Positions 38,860 through 52,435 of a DNA stretch of 64,000 nucleotides are shown in pieces; within the stretch, counting starts at the first letter, position 1, and each line of letters begins with the position of its first letter. The DNA lies in assembly GCF_004010195.1 (NCBI RefSeq), contig NC_057718.1:14239742-14303741 (forward strand), read 5' to 3'. The position numbers and the translations under genes are program-made. The notes under the pieces were generated by a model. The model had not been told where the DNA came from and did not search any database. It was given only the letters and a program-made list of their open reading frames with translations. The stretch comes from Chiloscyllium plagiosum. Lineage: Eukaryota.

Positions 38860-39560
38860 GTAGGCTGGGACTTCTTTCGCTGGAGGCTAGGAGACTGAGG
38901 GGTGACCTCATAGGGGTCTATAAAATCATGAGATGAGGTAGATAGCCAACAGCTTTTCCCCAGGGTAGGGGGAATCTAAAACTAGGGGGTATAGGTTTAA
39001 GGGGAGAGATCCAAAAGGGGCCAGAGACACCTTTTTTCAAACAGAGGGTGGTGTCTGGAACGAGCTGCCAGAGGTAATGGTGGAAGTGTGTACAATTTTG
39101 TCATTAAAGAAGGTAAGTAGGTACGTGGATAGGACAGGAATGGAGGGATATGGACCACTTGCAAGCAAATGGGACAAGTTTAGTTGTGAAAATGGGGCAG
39201 CGTAGATAAGATTACTTAGAGTGTGGAAATAGGCCCTTCGACCCAACAAGTCCACACCGACCCGCCGAAGCACAACCCACCCATACCCCTTCACCTAACA
39301 CTACGGGCAATTTAGTATGGCCAGTTCACCTGACCTGCACATCTTTGGACTGTGGGAGGAAACCAGAGCACCCGGAGGAAACCCACGCAGACACGGGGAG
39401 AATGTGCAAACTCTACACAGTCAATCGCCTGAGGCAGGAACTGAACCCGGGTCTCTGGCGCTGTGAGGCAGCAGTGCTAACCACTGTGCCACTGTGCCGC
39501 CCACGGATAAGTTGGGCCAAAGGGCCTATTTTCATGTTGTAAACCTCTATGACTTTATAA
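38860..39560 (+). mobile_element. CR1 3' fragment interrupted by a minus-strand HE1-type SINE (39205-39503)
   Basis: RLGLLSLEARRLRGDLIGVYKIM and CR1 3' UTR; SINE flanked by a gataag duplication. Confidence 0.88.
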
Positions 39561-41707
39561 CTGTATGAACTGGATGCTAGCCTTTTATCATTAATGCATG
39601 TGGACTCTCAAATCCCTCTGTGCTAAAACTTTCTGCAATCTTTCTCCATTTAAATAATATTTGGCACTTCCTCTTGCCAAAGTGTGCGACCTCACACTGG
39701 TCCACATTATATGCCGTCTGCAAGGAAAAGGTCACTGTGAACGTACTTTCACCACAGGGCCTTTTGTGGTCAAAACACAGATCTCCACTTTCTCAAAGCC
39801 AATTCACAATGAACAACAGATGCTGGTCTAACCAACGCTGTCTCGATCCTGAGAATTATTTTTTCAATAAAGACTTAACAGCTGATGAACCATGGCAGTA
39901 CGGATGAGGTTGAGTGGTGTTTGGGGGGAATGGGGAGAGAGAGAGAATGCAGATCTCCGGCAATCTCCCATCCCTCCCGTACTAACATACATCTCGCTTC
40001 CTGGAGGAGTTCCAAACAAAGCTTCACTGAACAACAAAGAGAGATGGGGTGACTCTCCGTGGACAATAAATCTGATGAACTTTGGTGAACGTGAACCCAG
40101 TGCAACTGCAAATCTGTGTTGCGCTTGCTGAGCAAGGATTTTGTGTTCCAGGAACAACAACTGCACACTCTAACCATAATGACACATAATGCAGCAATGA
40201 GAATTCACAAACACTTTGGCATTTAGGAAATGTGACACTGACTAGCCATCACTATTCTGTGGATAATTTTCCAGAGAAAAGAAATCCCCCAGTGAACTCG
40301 AGCCATGCAGTATTAATCTGCTTTCTGTTATTGAAAGGGGAATCTGCATTGAGATTATGTAATGAATATGACACATTTTGTACTGTGGAAGTAACCCAGG
40401 TGTTAGGTTCTAGCTTAAACCACCCAGGCTGTAAAACCTGGCATTCCCTCCTCAAACCTTTCTGTCCTCTCCTTTCCTTCCTCCTCCATGTCTTAAGATT
40501 CAACATTTGGACTGGATCTCCTTCCCTCAGCCCGCTATCAAATCTTTGGTCCGACTATTCTCCTGAGAAAAACCAGCTGGGAGGCCTTCACTGTGTTAAA
40601 GGTGTCATGGAAACGCAAATAGCAGTTTGTTATCAAGTCAGCTGGTCTCAACGTGGGTAAAACTGGCAGGCTGTATACCCCAACTTGTGGGTCATAAGAT
40701 CACCCCACACCCCCCTCCCTCCCCTTCTGTTGGGGTATGAGGATAGGTTTTGGGATTGAAAGATCAAGTAGCTGCCATGGGGTTCGCACTGAGTATCGAT
40801 AAGACCTTTGCTTAAAACCTTTGATCCGAGCAGATGTATCTTTGAGACCTGTTTATTGCTGCAGAGAAAAGACTGTGACAAAGTAGGTGTTTGTTCCCTG
40901 TAGATTAACTCATTCCCACCTTGGCTGATCTACCCCTCCCCCAGTTCTGGACACTTGGGAGATAATCCCCTCCTCTAGCACCTGAACCATCGCCACTACC
41001 ATCTCCCCATAATTCCGATGTTTTAAGATGGGTCATAGCAGGAAAAGGTTTGGGAAGCATTGCGGAAAGACTCAACTAATCAGAGCCCACTTGCCAACCA
41101 ATCATTGCACACTTCTCATGCTGTTCTTTATATTGGCATTCTTGTGAAGTATCCTGATGAGAGCAAGACACAAAAAAGCTTTGTCAAAATGAGTCTTTTT
41201 TCCAACAATGGTCAAATTTGACTATTAGAAAGGATACGTGCACTTCCTGTTTCACAAGTCTTCTTGTATATTACTTCTAGTCAGGTTTTTCCAAAAATTG
41301 CTATGTCAGCAATCCCTCTTGATGTTGTCACTTCAGTGGTCACATTGCAGTTGCAGTCTGTGACTACTGGGTGGCAGTGTGCTGCGGGTTTCTGAACTAT
41401 CTCCCAGCTTTGAAACTAAGTGTTATGCAGATAAACAATGGGTATCAGTTGTTATAACCCCTGGTGATTTACCACAGGCTAAATCCCACTTGACCCCGGG
41501 CTCAGATCTGACTGCTGCTTCAGCCCCTGTGCTCCTGGGAAAGAGGATGGTGAATCAAAGGCTTTGTCTCAAGGGAGGCAGAAGAAGTTGATTGCTGAGC
41601 CTGGCACAGGGCTACAGGCACTGGGCAATCACCTGCTCTCAGCTGCTACTGGATGAACCTGGAAGGGGCAGAGAAAGGTGAGCTCATAAGGAGCAATCTG
41701 ACTGTTT

Positions 41708-42086
41708 CCAAGTTATAGTCCAACAGGTTTATTTGAAATCGCAAGCTTTCGGACTGCTGCCCCTTTGTCAGATGAAGTGAGAGAGAAGCACACAGAACAC
41801 AGAATTTATAGGCAGAGAGATCAAGGATTGTAGATCATCCCTTTGCTTGTTATTCAGCAATTAACACTTTACTCACACCATCTAACACCCTTGGTCACCT
41901 GCAGCGACTTATTATTCGATACTTCCCTCACATTATTTGTACGATCATTTGATCTATCTGCCCTTGATCTTTCTGCTCATAAATTTCTGTCTGTGTGCTT
42001 CCCTGTCACTTCATCTGACAAAGGGGCAGCAGTCTGAAAGCTTGTGATTTCAAATAAACCCTGTAGGACTATAACCTGGTGTTGTG
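41708..42086. mobile_element. Penelope-like terminal-repeat fold-back (family C)
   Basis: Inverted arms of about 120 bp (41708-41830 and 41960-42079), homologous to the 3' terminus (60615-60760) of the GIY-YIG-containing element. Confidence 0.8.
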
Positions 42087-43214
42087 CAACTCCTCATTTT
42101 GCCCACCCCAGTCCAACACCGGTTCCCCCACATCATGGCCATGTCCCCTCATCCACAAAGTTGGCTGAGAGGAAAGGGAAAGGGGGACAGGACGAGGAAT
42201 TTGCTTTCAAAGCACAGGGGAATCTTGAAGTTAATGTGGTGGCTAGCAGAAATTGCTAGGGAATCTATACCAAAGAGAAGGAAAGGAAATGCACTAAAAA
42301 GTTAACTTACAGTAGATATTAAGGAAAATCATCTTTAAAGATAGATGAAATCAGAAATAGGCTCCTTGTAAAAGTAATATAGGTAATCCATTGGGGCTAT
42401 TCACAATACAATTAGATTTCACATTGGGAGAGATAATGTGCTAGAGGGATGAACTTGATAGGTTGGAAGAATGTTTCTCATTCCTGACTTTCCTATATTA
42501 AAGTAATCTGAAGGTCAGCAGTGATATGGGCTGTGGCCCTGCCGAACAGTATTTCTGTTAATAGTGTAGAGAGCTGATTCATCTCTCCCTGTAACAACTA
42601 AGCCCATTATCTGAAAACCGAGGAGCTTCTCTTTTAGACAACTAGCTATCAGGCCGGGTAATCATTTCCCCTGAAATGTCCAGATTGTGAATAAATAACT
42701 CTCGATTGTGAGCCTCCTTCAGATCGTCATTACAAGAGACCATTTTCAAACCAGTGAGGATAACACGTTTTCTTCTTGAAATCTGGTCCCTTTTCTACAT
42801 CTTAAACCTGAACAGAAAACTTCATCTTTGACAAAAGAAATGGCTATGCAGCCATTTCTGAACAACAGGTCTCCGTACCGGTATAGCTGGGGAACGCTGG
42901 TGATTGAAAATTACTCTTGTTACAACAATCAACTGTCTGGTCTCTTCACCAATGTTCTCAGGAAGAAGGGAAAATTGAATGAAATCAACACCTTTCCTGC
43001 ACGATGAGGATTGTTCCCCAATAGAGTAGGGATTCCTTCTCACGCAACACTCAGGGTACACTACTCGACGCTACACAGTGGGTGCCTGAGCAGATTCATG
43101 AGTGCGGTATCATGGAGGGAATGACAGTGAAGCTGAGACAGTGCTCAGAGCTGGCTGCTCTCGTGTGACTGCTCCAGATATTCTCAATGATCCTTCCTCA
43201 TACTCAGTTTTTAT

Positions 43215-43410
43215 GTTAACACACAGATACACATGCATATACAAACACATAGTCACATGCACACACAGTACTCACAAACATATACAAATGCACAACACAC
43301 GTACAACCATGTGCTTGCACACAGTGCACAGAAATATATTTACATGCAAACACACAGACAGGCAGACAAACACATCTACATAAAACACACATAGATGAAA
43401 CCAGACACAC
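43215..43410. repeat. CA-rich degenerate microsatellite
   Basis: Read directly from the sequence. Confidence 0.8.
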
Positions 43411-43694
43411 AGGCTCAGTCTCAAACAAAGCTACAAACTCGCATGCAGATAACTTGAACTGATCAAGCTCCCAAACACAACAAATGAGATCAATGACAAG
43501 TTAATCTGTAATTATCCATTCAGGATAATGCAGACCTGGCAAGAATCTAAAGTAGGCTATTAATATGAAACTGGAACAGCTCTGACTGAGCTGTTGTCAC
43601 ATAATGAGAGGATTTGAGTAGGAGCAGTGAGGTTTTGCTTCAACTGTATTGGTTTGACCGCATCTGAAGTACATTTTGATCTCCTTATCTCAGG

Positions 43695-44015
43695 ATAGAT
43701 TAGATGAGATTCCCTACAATGTGGAAACAGGCCCTTCGGCCCAACAAGTCCACACCGACCCTCTGAAGAGTAACCCACCCAGACCCATTTCCTTCTGACT
43801 AATGCACCTAACACTACGGGCAATTCACCATGGTCAATTCACCTGACCTGCACATCTTTGAAACGTGGGAGGAAACCGGAGCACCCGGAGGAAACCCACG
43901 CAGACACGGGGAGAATGTGCAAACTCCACACAGACAGTCACCCAAGGCTAGAATCGAACCTGGGTCCCCGGCGCTGTGAGGCAGCAATGTTAACCACTGA
44001 GCCATCGTGCCACCC
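43695..44015 (-). mobile_element. Full-length HE1-type SINE
   Basis: A box tggctcagtgg, B box ggttcgattct, central domain and tail. Followed by a 16-bp tandem repeat aatagatactattgat (44018-44070). Confidence 0.92.
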
Positions 44016-44094
44016 TCAATAGATACTATTGATAATAGATACTATTGATAATAGACAATCGATACTATTGTCATGTAGGGAGTGCAATGACAAT

Positions 44095-44730
44095 TAACCA
44101 GACTTGTTCCCGGGATGGTGGGCCTGTCCTATGAAGAGAGTTTAAGCCAGTTGGACCTGTATTCACTTGAGTTTTGAAGAATGAGAGACGATTTAATTGA
44201 GTCATTGAGGTGGTACAGCGATTTCCTAAACTGAACTAATTCCATTTTCCTGTGTTTGGCTCATGATCCTGTAAACCTTTCCTATCCAAGTACCTGTCCA
44301 AGTGTCTGTGAAATGTTGTAATTGTCCCAGCCTCTACCACTTCCTCTGGCAGCTCGTTCTATATACACACCATCCTCTGTGGAAAATACCTGAAGGGATT
44401 GACATGGTCGATGAAGGTCAGATGTTTTTTCCTGGTTGGGGAGCGTGTAACTGGGTGGCACAGTTTAAAAATAAGGCTTATGTCTGAGATGAAGAAAAAA
44501 GATTTTTACTCAGAGCATTGTGAACATTTGAAATTTCTGTACCACAGAGGGCTGTGATCTTTGAGTAGTTTAAGGTAGAGATTGATAGGTTTCTGATTCC
44601 CAGTGGTGTACAGGCTAATGGAGATGGGGGTGGGTAAAAAGTATTGAAGTATTCAATCGAGTGTGGCCATATTGAATGGTGGAGTGGCTTGATGGGCTGA
44701 ATGGCCTACTGCTGTTCTTCTGTTCCTAAC
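44095..44730 (+). mobile_element. Old CR1 3' fragment with a nested inverted CR1 3' end (about 44198-44385)
   Basis: GLSYEESLSQLDLYSLEF*RMRDDLIE, followed by a 3' UTR. Confidence 0.75.
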
Positions 44731-47307
44731 CAGTTTCAGTATACCATCCTAATTGAGAACTGGACTCTGTTCTGTGCTGGAAAAGCATAAAGGTTATGCT
44801 GGAATGAGCCTTTGTATAAACCTTTGGGTGTAAGCCTGAGATGAGAACTCACAATGAGAACTTCGCAATTCCTAAACCAGTGTAAAGGAGAGATAATAAA
44901 AACTGAAAACATTAGGAATTCACAGCCGTTAGCTCAATGCTTGCAAGAGATAGATACATTAATGTGCACTGCTCGCTCAGAGCTGCTCCAGTATCATATT
45001 AATCACTTACTTTAGAGTGTTGCCAGTTCTGCATTATCAGCATTTGCAGTTATTATTTTCCGATTGCAACATTCCCAGTTTTTTTTCACTGGGAATAAGT
45101 AATGATTGCATTCTGCATTAGTCCAAGTTGGATTGCATCAGTCTGCTCAGGTGCACTGCTCAGTTTATGTAAGCTTCCTTTGTGTTTTAGCTTAATGAAC
45201 ATTCAACCAGTCCAGTCACTGATGAACCAACAAATGTGTTTACAAAAGCAAGAATTTGGGGTCAGTCCTTTAACCATACCAGAGAAAGCAGTGGATGCGA
45301 TTTTAGCTCATTCAAAAGACACTGGCTTACATACGAGTTTAAATGATGCCCAACACTCCTCAGAGAAAAGGTAAATCTGCATAGGCAGACAAAGACATAA
45401 ATTGACTCTGGGTGATGGAAATAGCTGCCTGTTCTATAAATCTCATCCTTATTCCTGTTAACAATCACGGAGGGCCAGCCTTAGATACAGGAAATACCTG
45501 CCTCTCCCTCTCTCTTTCGACAGCTCAAGAGAGACCAAAATCACAACAGGGCAGTAGGAAATAGAAGACAGTTCTCAAAGGTCCAAGTCCATTGTCCCTT
45601 AACCTTGGCTGCAGTATCGAAGTGTGTGCACAACATGAGATTGGAGATCTGTCCCTCTTTCTCTTTGTGCAGGATAAGGTTAGTTTTTTTTATCTGCGGT
45701 TTCTCTGCCCTCCCTTTCTGAGATGAGACTGAAATTCTCTCTTTACCATACGCTTCAAGGGGAACAAAAAGCCTTTTTTCCACAACATTAAAGCATCCTT
45801 CAGGCCTGATAGAGTTTTAATCCAGGATGTGTCCTTGGCTATTTACAAGTTTTTTTTTTATCAAGGCATCCAGCCTATTTAGAAGGCTGGATTATGGTCT
45901 TTATTCCTATAGCTGTCAGGGGATTCTAGCAGTAATGCCATTACTGTATGTCAATTCACACAACCTGTAAGCCCACAGCAGTTTGTTCTACCAAACGTTG
46001 GGTGGGAAGTCTGTTATAGTGTTGTATTCTGATCCTCAGACCTTTACTGAGGCGATTCTGCAACCTAGCTGTGGTACCAGATGTCCTTCACGTTGGCCTT
46101 GATCTGATAGAGAGCTCTGGGCTGTAACAACAAAGTTAAATTGTTTTGAAATTGGATGAATATGGAATGCAGCCAGTGAGGCAGGAGGCAGTGGCAAGAA
46201 AAACGGTTTCACGTCGTGGATAAAATGTTGATGCTTACTGACTAAATATAGGTGGCCATATTGAGGCTTATACTTTAGGCCTCACCTTGTCTGTCAAAAA
46301 GTAGTTCAGTCTTTGTTTACTCTATGGATGTAAGTGCCACTGGCAGATTGTATTGAATACTATATTTATCACTATTTGGTCCTTATGGGCACAGTTAGTC
46401 TTAAAGCAGTGACACAGCCTTCTCTGTTGCCAAGTGGGAGAGCCTCCAGTACCTGATTGGCCGGCACCTCTTACGGGGCAGGATCTCTACTGGGGATTTG
46501 ATCTCAAAGGGAGAACTGCTTCCACCCTGTGCATCTGATAGGAAGAGGATACAGTGGGCCTGACTGATATCTCTTCTTGCAGCTCGGTGCCATGTCTTGC
46601 TTGGTAACGCTCATGTGAAACACCTTGGGATATTTTATTATAGCAAAATCGCTATATAAATGCCAGTTGTTGTTGCTTGGTGTGACATCTGATGATAGCG
46701 ACGTATGGAGGGCTCACAATATTTCTGCTATTTACTCTTTACAGATTGATTTACAAAAGAAATTGGACCGACAACTATATTGACAAAAGCAATATGCTGT
46801 TGATGATAATGGTGTAGTGTTGATGTCAGTAATTTGTCATTTGTGTCAATGATGTGCTGTTTATGGTATTATTGATGCGAGATGGAGCATTGATGAGTCA
46901 GATTGATATTTATAGTATTGCACTGCTGTTCAAGGTAAATTTATTGATACTCACAATGCATCATTCATGACAATGATGTGTCATTATTATCAAAGATGTG
47001 TTACTGATACTCTTGGTGCATTATTAGTGTTAATGGTGAGTTAATGTGCATTATTGGTGTTGCAATTATTGTTAATATTGATCTTAATAGTGTGATATTG
47101 TCATTAATGGTGTGTAACCAATATTGACGTCAGTGATGCACCATGATTGCTGATAAAGTGTCAGTGTTTGCTTTCAATTTTTTATCTTGTTCTAACCTCA
47201 CCTCTGACACATAATGACCCACAATACCATTGTGGTTCGGACATCCCTGTGGCATCCCAATAAAACTGGGCTTTCTTCATCTGGGAATCCTTAAGCTATA
47301 AACATTG

Positions 47308-47670
47308 ACTGTGGTTGAAACTTACAGAATACTGAAAGGGTTGAGTGGAAATGGAGAAGGTGTTTCCACTATTAGGAGAGACTGGGACGTGGGAGAACCG
47401 CATCAGGGCAAAGAGATGGCCCTTCACAATGGAGATGAGGAGGAATTTCTTCAGCCAGAGAGTAGTTACTACTTGGAACCCATTGCCACAGAGAGCTGTG
47501 GAAGCCAAATCATTGAGTGGCAGAGATAGATAGGTTGCTGATTAGTAAGGGGATGACAGGTTACAGAGAGAAGGCAGGAGAGTGAGGTCGAGCACCATAT
47601 CAGCCATGACCAGTAGGTGGACCAGACCTGATGGGCTAAGTGCCCTAATTCTGCTCCTGTATCTTAAGGT
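47308..47670 (+). mobile_element. CR1 3' fragment
   Basis: VETYRILKGL; MEMRRNFFSQRVVTTWNPLPQRAVEA. Confidence 0.85.
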
Positions 47671-49762
47671 CTTGTGGAATGCATCAGATTGGAGCTCGAT
47701 TCCGTCTTCACTGGATGTCACACACCAATGACCTCTATATGGACACTTGGACAAAGCACCGGGGAATTGTTAATGTCTGTGAATCTCTGTTTCTGCAGTT
47801 TTATTTGAAGTGAGGATAAGTGAAGCTAGCTGTTGGAGCCTTCTAACGCTGGGAGGCTGTTGTACAGCATATAGTGCAACGGTTCTAACTGGCCAGAAAA
47901 CTCTGCTGCTTTCACTGCCAGTCCCAGGTATATTAGAAGCATTTACAGGTTGATATTCAACTTCTGTTAACTGTTTTTGAATGCACCTCTCTTAGCCATC
48001 AGGTCGCGGTGTGGGATTTAAATCCTGAGCTTCTCTCTCAGAGGTTCTACCCAGTCTACCGTAAGATCCCCTTTGACCCCGGAACTGAATTCGTGACAAA
48101 GCTTCAGAACGTCTGACAGAAATTGTATCCACTCCTTCAGATAGTATAGAGAACATGGGGCATGATTTTCTGTTTTGTTTTTAATGTGGGGGTTGAACAT
48201 GTTCGGTATGGGATGAATGTGGGATAACTCACTACACTACTTGCCACCGAACTCATTAAGGATTGACAGACAGATGAAGGCAAGTAGCTCTACAATAGAA
48301 TCAAAGATTCCCGACAGTGTGGAAACAGGCCATTTGGCCTATTGAGTCCCACCCAGATTCAGCTCCCAACCCTCTCCCTCTAACCCTGCATTTCCCATGG
48401 CGAACCCATCCAGCTTGCACACTATGGGCAATTTAGCATGTGGATTTTGGCTGAAAAGAAGGAATAATTGGAGGGATAACTGGAAGATGTAGAAGAGCTG
48501 AGCAGTTTGAGTGGGACAGGGGTGGGATGGGTTTCAGGTTCATGAGGCACAAGAAACAGCCCCACAGGGCGAGAAGGTCATTTTGAAACAGATGCTGGTT
48601 GTTGCAGGATGAGATGCGCCTCTGGCACTCTGACTGTGCACTGTCCTTGACATTGTGCTTGTGGGATATACACACAGCCCCACAGTGATGCAGTGCATTA
48701 CAAGGCCATTTGGCTCATTGTGCCCACACTACACTGAGGCTACCTACAGCCGAAGATATAGTCAAGCTGCCATCAGTAATCATCATCAATGACATTTTCA
48801 CAAGTTTTCTAGAAACACTGGAAATGGAAACCAGAGCCTTTAGTAGTCGAGAGGTCAAAGATCACCTCATGCAGCAATAATTAGATCCTGGACAGAATGA
48901 TTCCTAGAAGTTTTGTATTGATTGCGGTCCTCTTACATATGGGTATAATGGCCCACTGGTCAATTAATTAGATTTGCTTTCTGTATAAAGGGCAACAGTT
49001 GTACAGCTCATTATTCTTTCAGCCATTACGTTTGGGTAAATAACATTTCAAACATTTCAGATTGCATTGGTTGGCTTTTGCAGACCGCAGACACACTCTG
49101 GGATTACGTAATTCCTTCGTGAAGCCTTCCATTTCAGATTGTCCTGACAGCTCCACTTTAATATTTGTTAAAAGCCCTCTAACTGAAGGATGTTAAGATG
49201 CGTGTCTGTTAATATCTTGTAATGCATCCAGGGCACTGACTGGTCAGGATAATGGATGGCAGCCCTGAGTGTAACCGCTGAGAAATGTTAAAAACTGTGA
49301 CCCTGACAGCTCTGTCCGGTGAGTGTAAATATCCCACAGTGTGTTTCGAAGAAGAGTGGGGGGTGGGGGCGTGCTCTGGGGGTGGTCGGGTTGAGTTGGG
49401 GGAGGGGTGCGTGGGAGGTGGGTGTACTTGGGTTATTGTTGCTGGTGATAGGGATTGACTGGCTGCAATTTATAATTTATCCATCGCCCACATCATATAA
49501 ATAAACTCTGGTCATGATCACATTGCTATTTGTAGAGCATACTGTGTGCAAATTGGCTACCTCATTGTTAGTTACAACAGGAGCCATAATTCATTGGACA
49601 TAAAGCCACTTTGGACATCCTGTGGTCACAAAGGGCAGTATATACATGCAAGTCTTTAAGAAATACATCAACTATAAGTGTGCTACACTGCAGCATGTAT
49701 GTGGCTTTGCACCTCATGGTTAATGTTAGTGTGTAAACAGAGGGGATTTCAGTTAGAGAGTT

Positions 49763-50014
49763 TTGAGAAGATTTGCAGCTCAGGTTGAAGTTCTGGATGT
49801 AGATTTGCTCGCTGAGCTAGAAGGAAATGAGCTGGAAGGAAATGACATCACCACAGGAAATGACATCACCAACCCATTGAAACCCAAACATATAAAGCGA
49901 AAGCAGAAATCATCAGCAGTGCTTCGCCTGAGGCCCACTGAAGATGTTACATCGTAGGGTGATGAAACATCTGGAAAGGAACCTTCCAGCTCAGCGAGCA
50001 AACCTACATCCAGG
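49763..50014 (+). mobile_element. Penelope-like terminal repeat (family D) with inverted ends and hammerhead core
   Basis: Inverted repeat at 49792-49823 and 49982-50013; cca-CTGAAGA-t-gttac...gtgat-GAAA-ca-TC-tgg at 49935-49974. Confidence 0.65.
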
Positions 50015-50316
50015 TTTCAATTATTATAACATCCTTCATGATCTCAGTGCTGTGGTTGGATCCAGGGATGCTGACAAAGAGCTTGAGCACCTGGGAACTG
50101 CTAAGGCTTCGTCTCAGGAAAATGTGACTGTGGAGCTGTTGGACATTTGTAAAATCTCACTGATGCCCTTTAGAGTAGGGAATGCCCAGTCTATACCCGT
50201 ATTATATCTGGTCTGACCTCTGTGTGGCTCCAGTCCCTCACCAGTGTGGCTTGACTCATAAGCCACTCAGCTGCATAACTTGCAGCAGGTCAAGAAGGAG
50301 ATACCCTGAGAGGGAC

Positions 50317-50460
50317 TGGGGAGGAATTATCCTGAGGAAGTGGGGAGGAATTATCCTGAGGAAGTGGGGAGGAGTTATCCTGAGGAACTTGGGAGGAGTT
50401 ATTCTGAGGAATTGGGGAGGAGTTATTCTGAGAATCTGGGGAGGAGTTATCCTGAGGAAA
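50317..50460. repeat. 24-bp minisatellite, 6 copies (tggggaggagttatcctgaggaag)
   Basis: Read directly from the sequence. Confidence 0.95.
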
Positions 50461-50789
50461 TGCCAACCTTACCACTCTGTATCCATTGTCACCTTGAGTT
50501 TCATTGCCTACACAAAGCATTGTCCAGGTACAGCAGAGCATCTGACCTGATTACCCTTTCCAGAAAACACACAGGGCACCACCCAGCACAGAAATCTACT
50601 GGAGCCTGGTTGGAGCTGCTTATCACATACATCATGGTAACATGTACGTTCGGAATATTATCCTACATTTCATTGGTTTGTGATGATAGACAGTGATCGT
50701 TTTCTGAGTCAGATGTTGAAATTGCTTTGCTTGCTGTCTGACGTAAGCCTCATAACCTGGCAGTGACACATTACTAACCACTTGATTGC

Positions 50790-52435
50790 AACAGAGTGGC
50801 ACAGTGCAGAAAAGGAGTGGCACAGTGCAGTGAGGAGGTGGCACAGTGCAGTGAGGGGGTGGCACAATGCAGTGAGGGGGTGGCACAGTGCAGTGAGGGA
50901 GTAGCACAATGCAGTGAGGGGGTGGCACAGTGCAGTGAGGGGGTGGCACAGTGCAGTGACAGAGTGGCACAGTGCAGTGAGGGCGTGGCACAATGCAGTG
51001 AGGGGGTAGCGCAGTGCAGTGAGGGAGTGGCACAGTGCAGTGACAGAGTGGCACAGTGCAGTGAGGGAGTGGCACAATGCAGTGAGGGGGTGGCACAGTG
51101 CAGTGAGGGAGTGGCACAATGCAGTGAGGGAGTGGCACAATGCAGTGAGGGGGTGGCACAATGCAGTGAGGGGGTGGCACAGTGCAGTGACAGAGTGGTG
51201 CAGTGCAGTGAGGAAGTGGCGCAGTGCAGTGAGGGAGTGACACAGTGCAGTGAGGGAGTGGCGCAGTGCACTGAGGGAGTGGTGCAGTGCAGTGAGGGAG
51301 TGACAGTGCAGTCAGGTAGTAGTGCAGTCAGTGAGGGAGTGGTGCAGTGAGGGGGTGGCGCAGTGCAGTGAAGGAGTGGCGCAGTGCAGTGAGGGAGTGG
51401 CACAGTGCAGTGAGGGAGTGGCACAGTGCAGTGAGGGAGTGGCGCAGTGCAGTGAGGGAGCGGCGCAGTGCAGTGAGGGAGCGGCGCAGTGCAGTGAGGG
51501 AGCGGCACAGTGCAGTGAGGGAGTGGCACAGTGCAGTGAGGGAGTGGCGCAGTGCAGTGAGGGAGCGGCGCAGTGCAGTGAGGGAGCGGCGCAGTGCAGT
51601 GAGGGAGCGGCACAGTGCAGTGAGGGAGTGGCACAGTGCAGTGAGGGAGTGGCGCAGTGCACTGAGGGAGTGGCACAGTGCAGTGAGGGAGTGGCGCAGT
51701 GCACTGAGGGAGTGGTGCAGTGCAGTGAGGGAGTGGTGCAGTGCACTGAGGGAGTGGTGCAGTGCAGTGAGGGAGTGACAGTGCAGTGAGGGAGTGGTGC
51801 AGTGCAGTGAGGGAGTGACAGTGCAGTGAGGGAGCGGCGCAGTGCACTGAGGGAGTGGCACAGTGCAGTGAGGGAGTGGCGCAGTGCACTGAGGGAGTGG
51901 TGCAGTGCAGTGAGGGAGTGACAGTGCAGTGAGGGAGTGGTGCAGTGCAGTGAGGGAGTGACAGTGCAGTGAGGGAGCGGCGCAGTGCAGTGAGGGAGTG
52001 ACAGTGCAGTGAGGGAGTGGCGCAGTGCAGTGAGGGGGTGGCACAGTGCAGTGAGGGAGCAGCGCAGTGCAGTGAGGGAGCGGCACAGGGAGGGAGCGGA
52101 GCAGTGCACTGAGGGAGTGGTGCAGTGCAGTGAGGGAGTGACAGTGCAGTGAGGGAGCGGCGCAGTGCACTGAGGGTGCAGCGCAGTGCAGTGAGGGAGT
52201 GGCGCAGTGAGGGAGTGGCACAGTGCAGTGAGGGAGTGGCACAGTGCAGTGAGGGTGCAGCGCAGTGCAGTGAGGGAGTGGCGCAGTGAGGGAGTGGCAC
52301 AGTGCAGGGAGGGAGTGGCGCAGTGCAGTGAGGGTGCAGCGCAGTGCAGTGAGGGTGCAGCGCAGTGCAGTGAGAGAGTGGCACAGGGAGGGAGTGACAA
52401 TGTGCAGTGAGGGAGCAGCGCAGCAGACTGAGGGA
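50790..52435. repeat. About 1.6-kb minisatellite, main unit 21 bp (gagggagtggcacagtgcagt) with 19- and 16-bp variants
   Basis: Read directly. It accounts for the long low-complexity ORFs in several frames. Confidence 0.97.

Noticed and set aside
50317..52435. Possible CRISPR-like arrays
   Set aside because: Head-to-tail tandem units with no unique spacers, no cas genes, vertebrate context.
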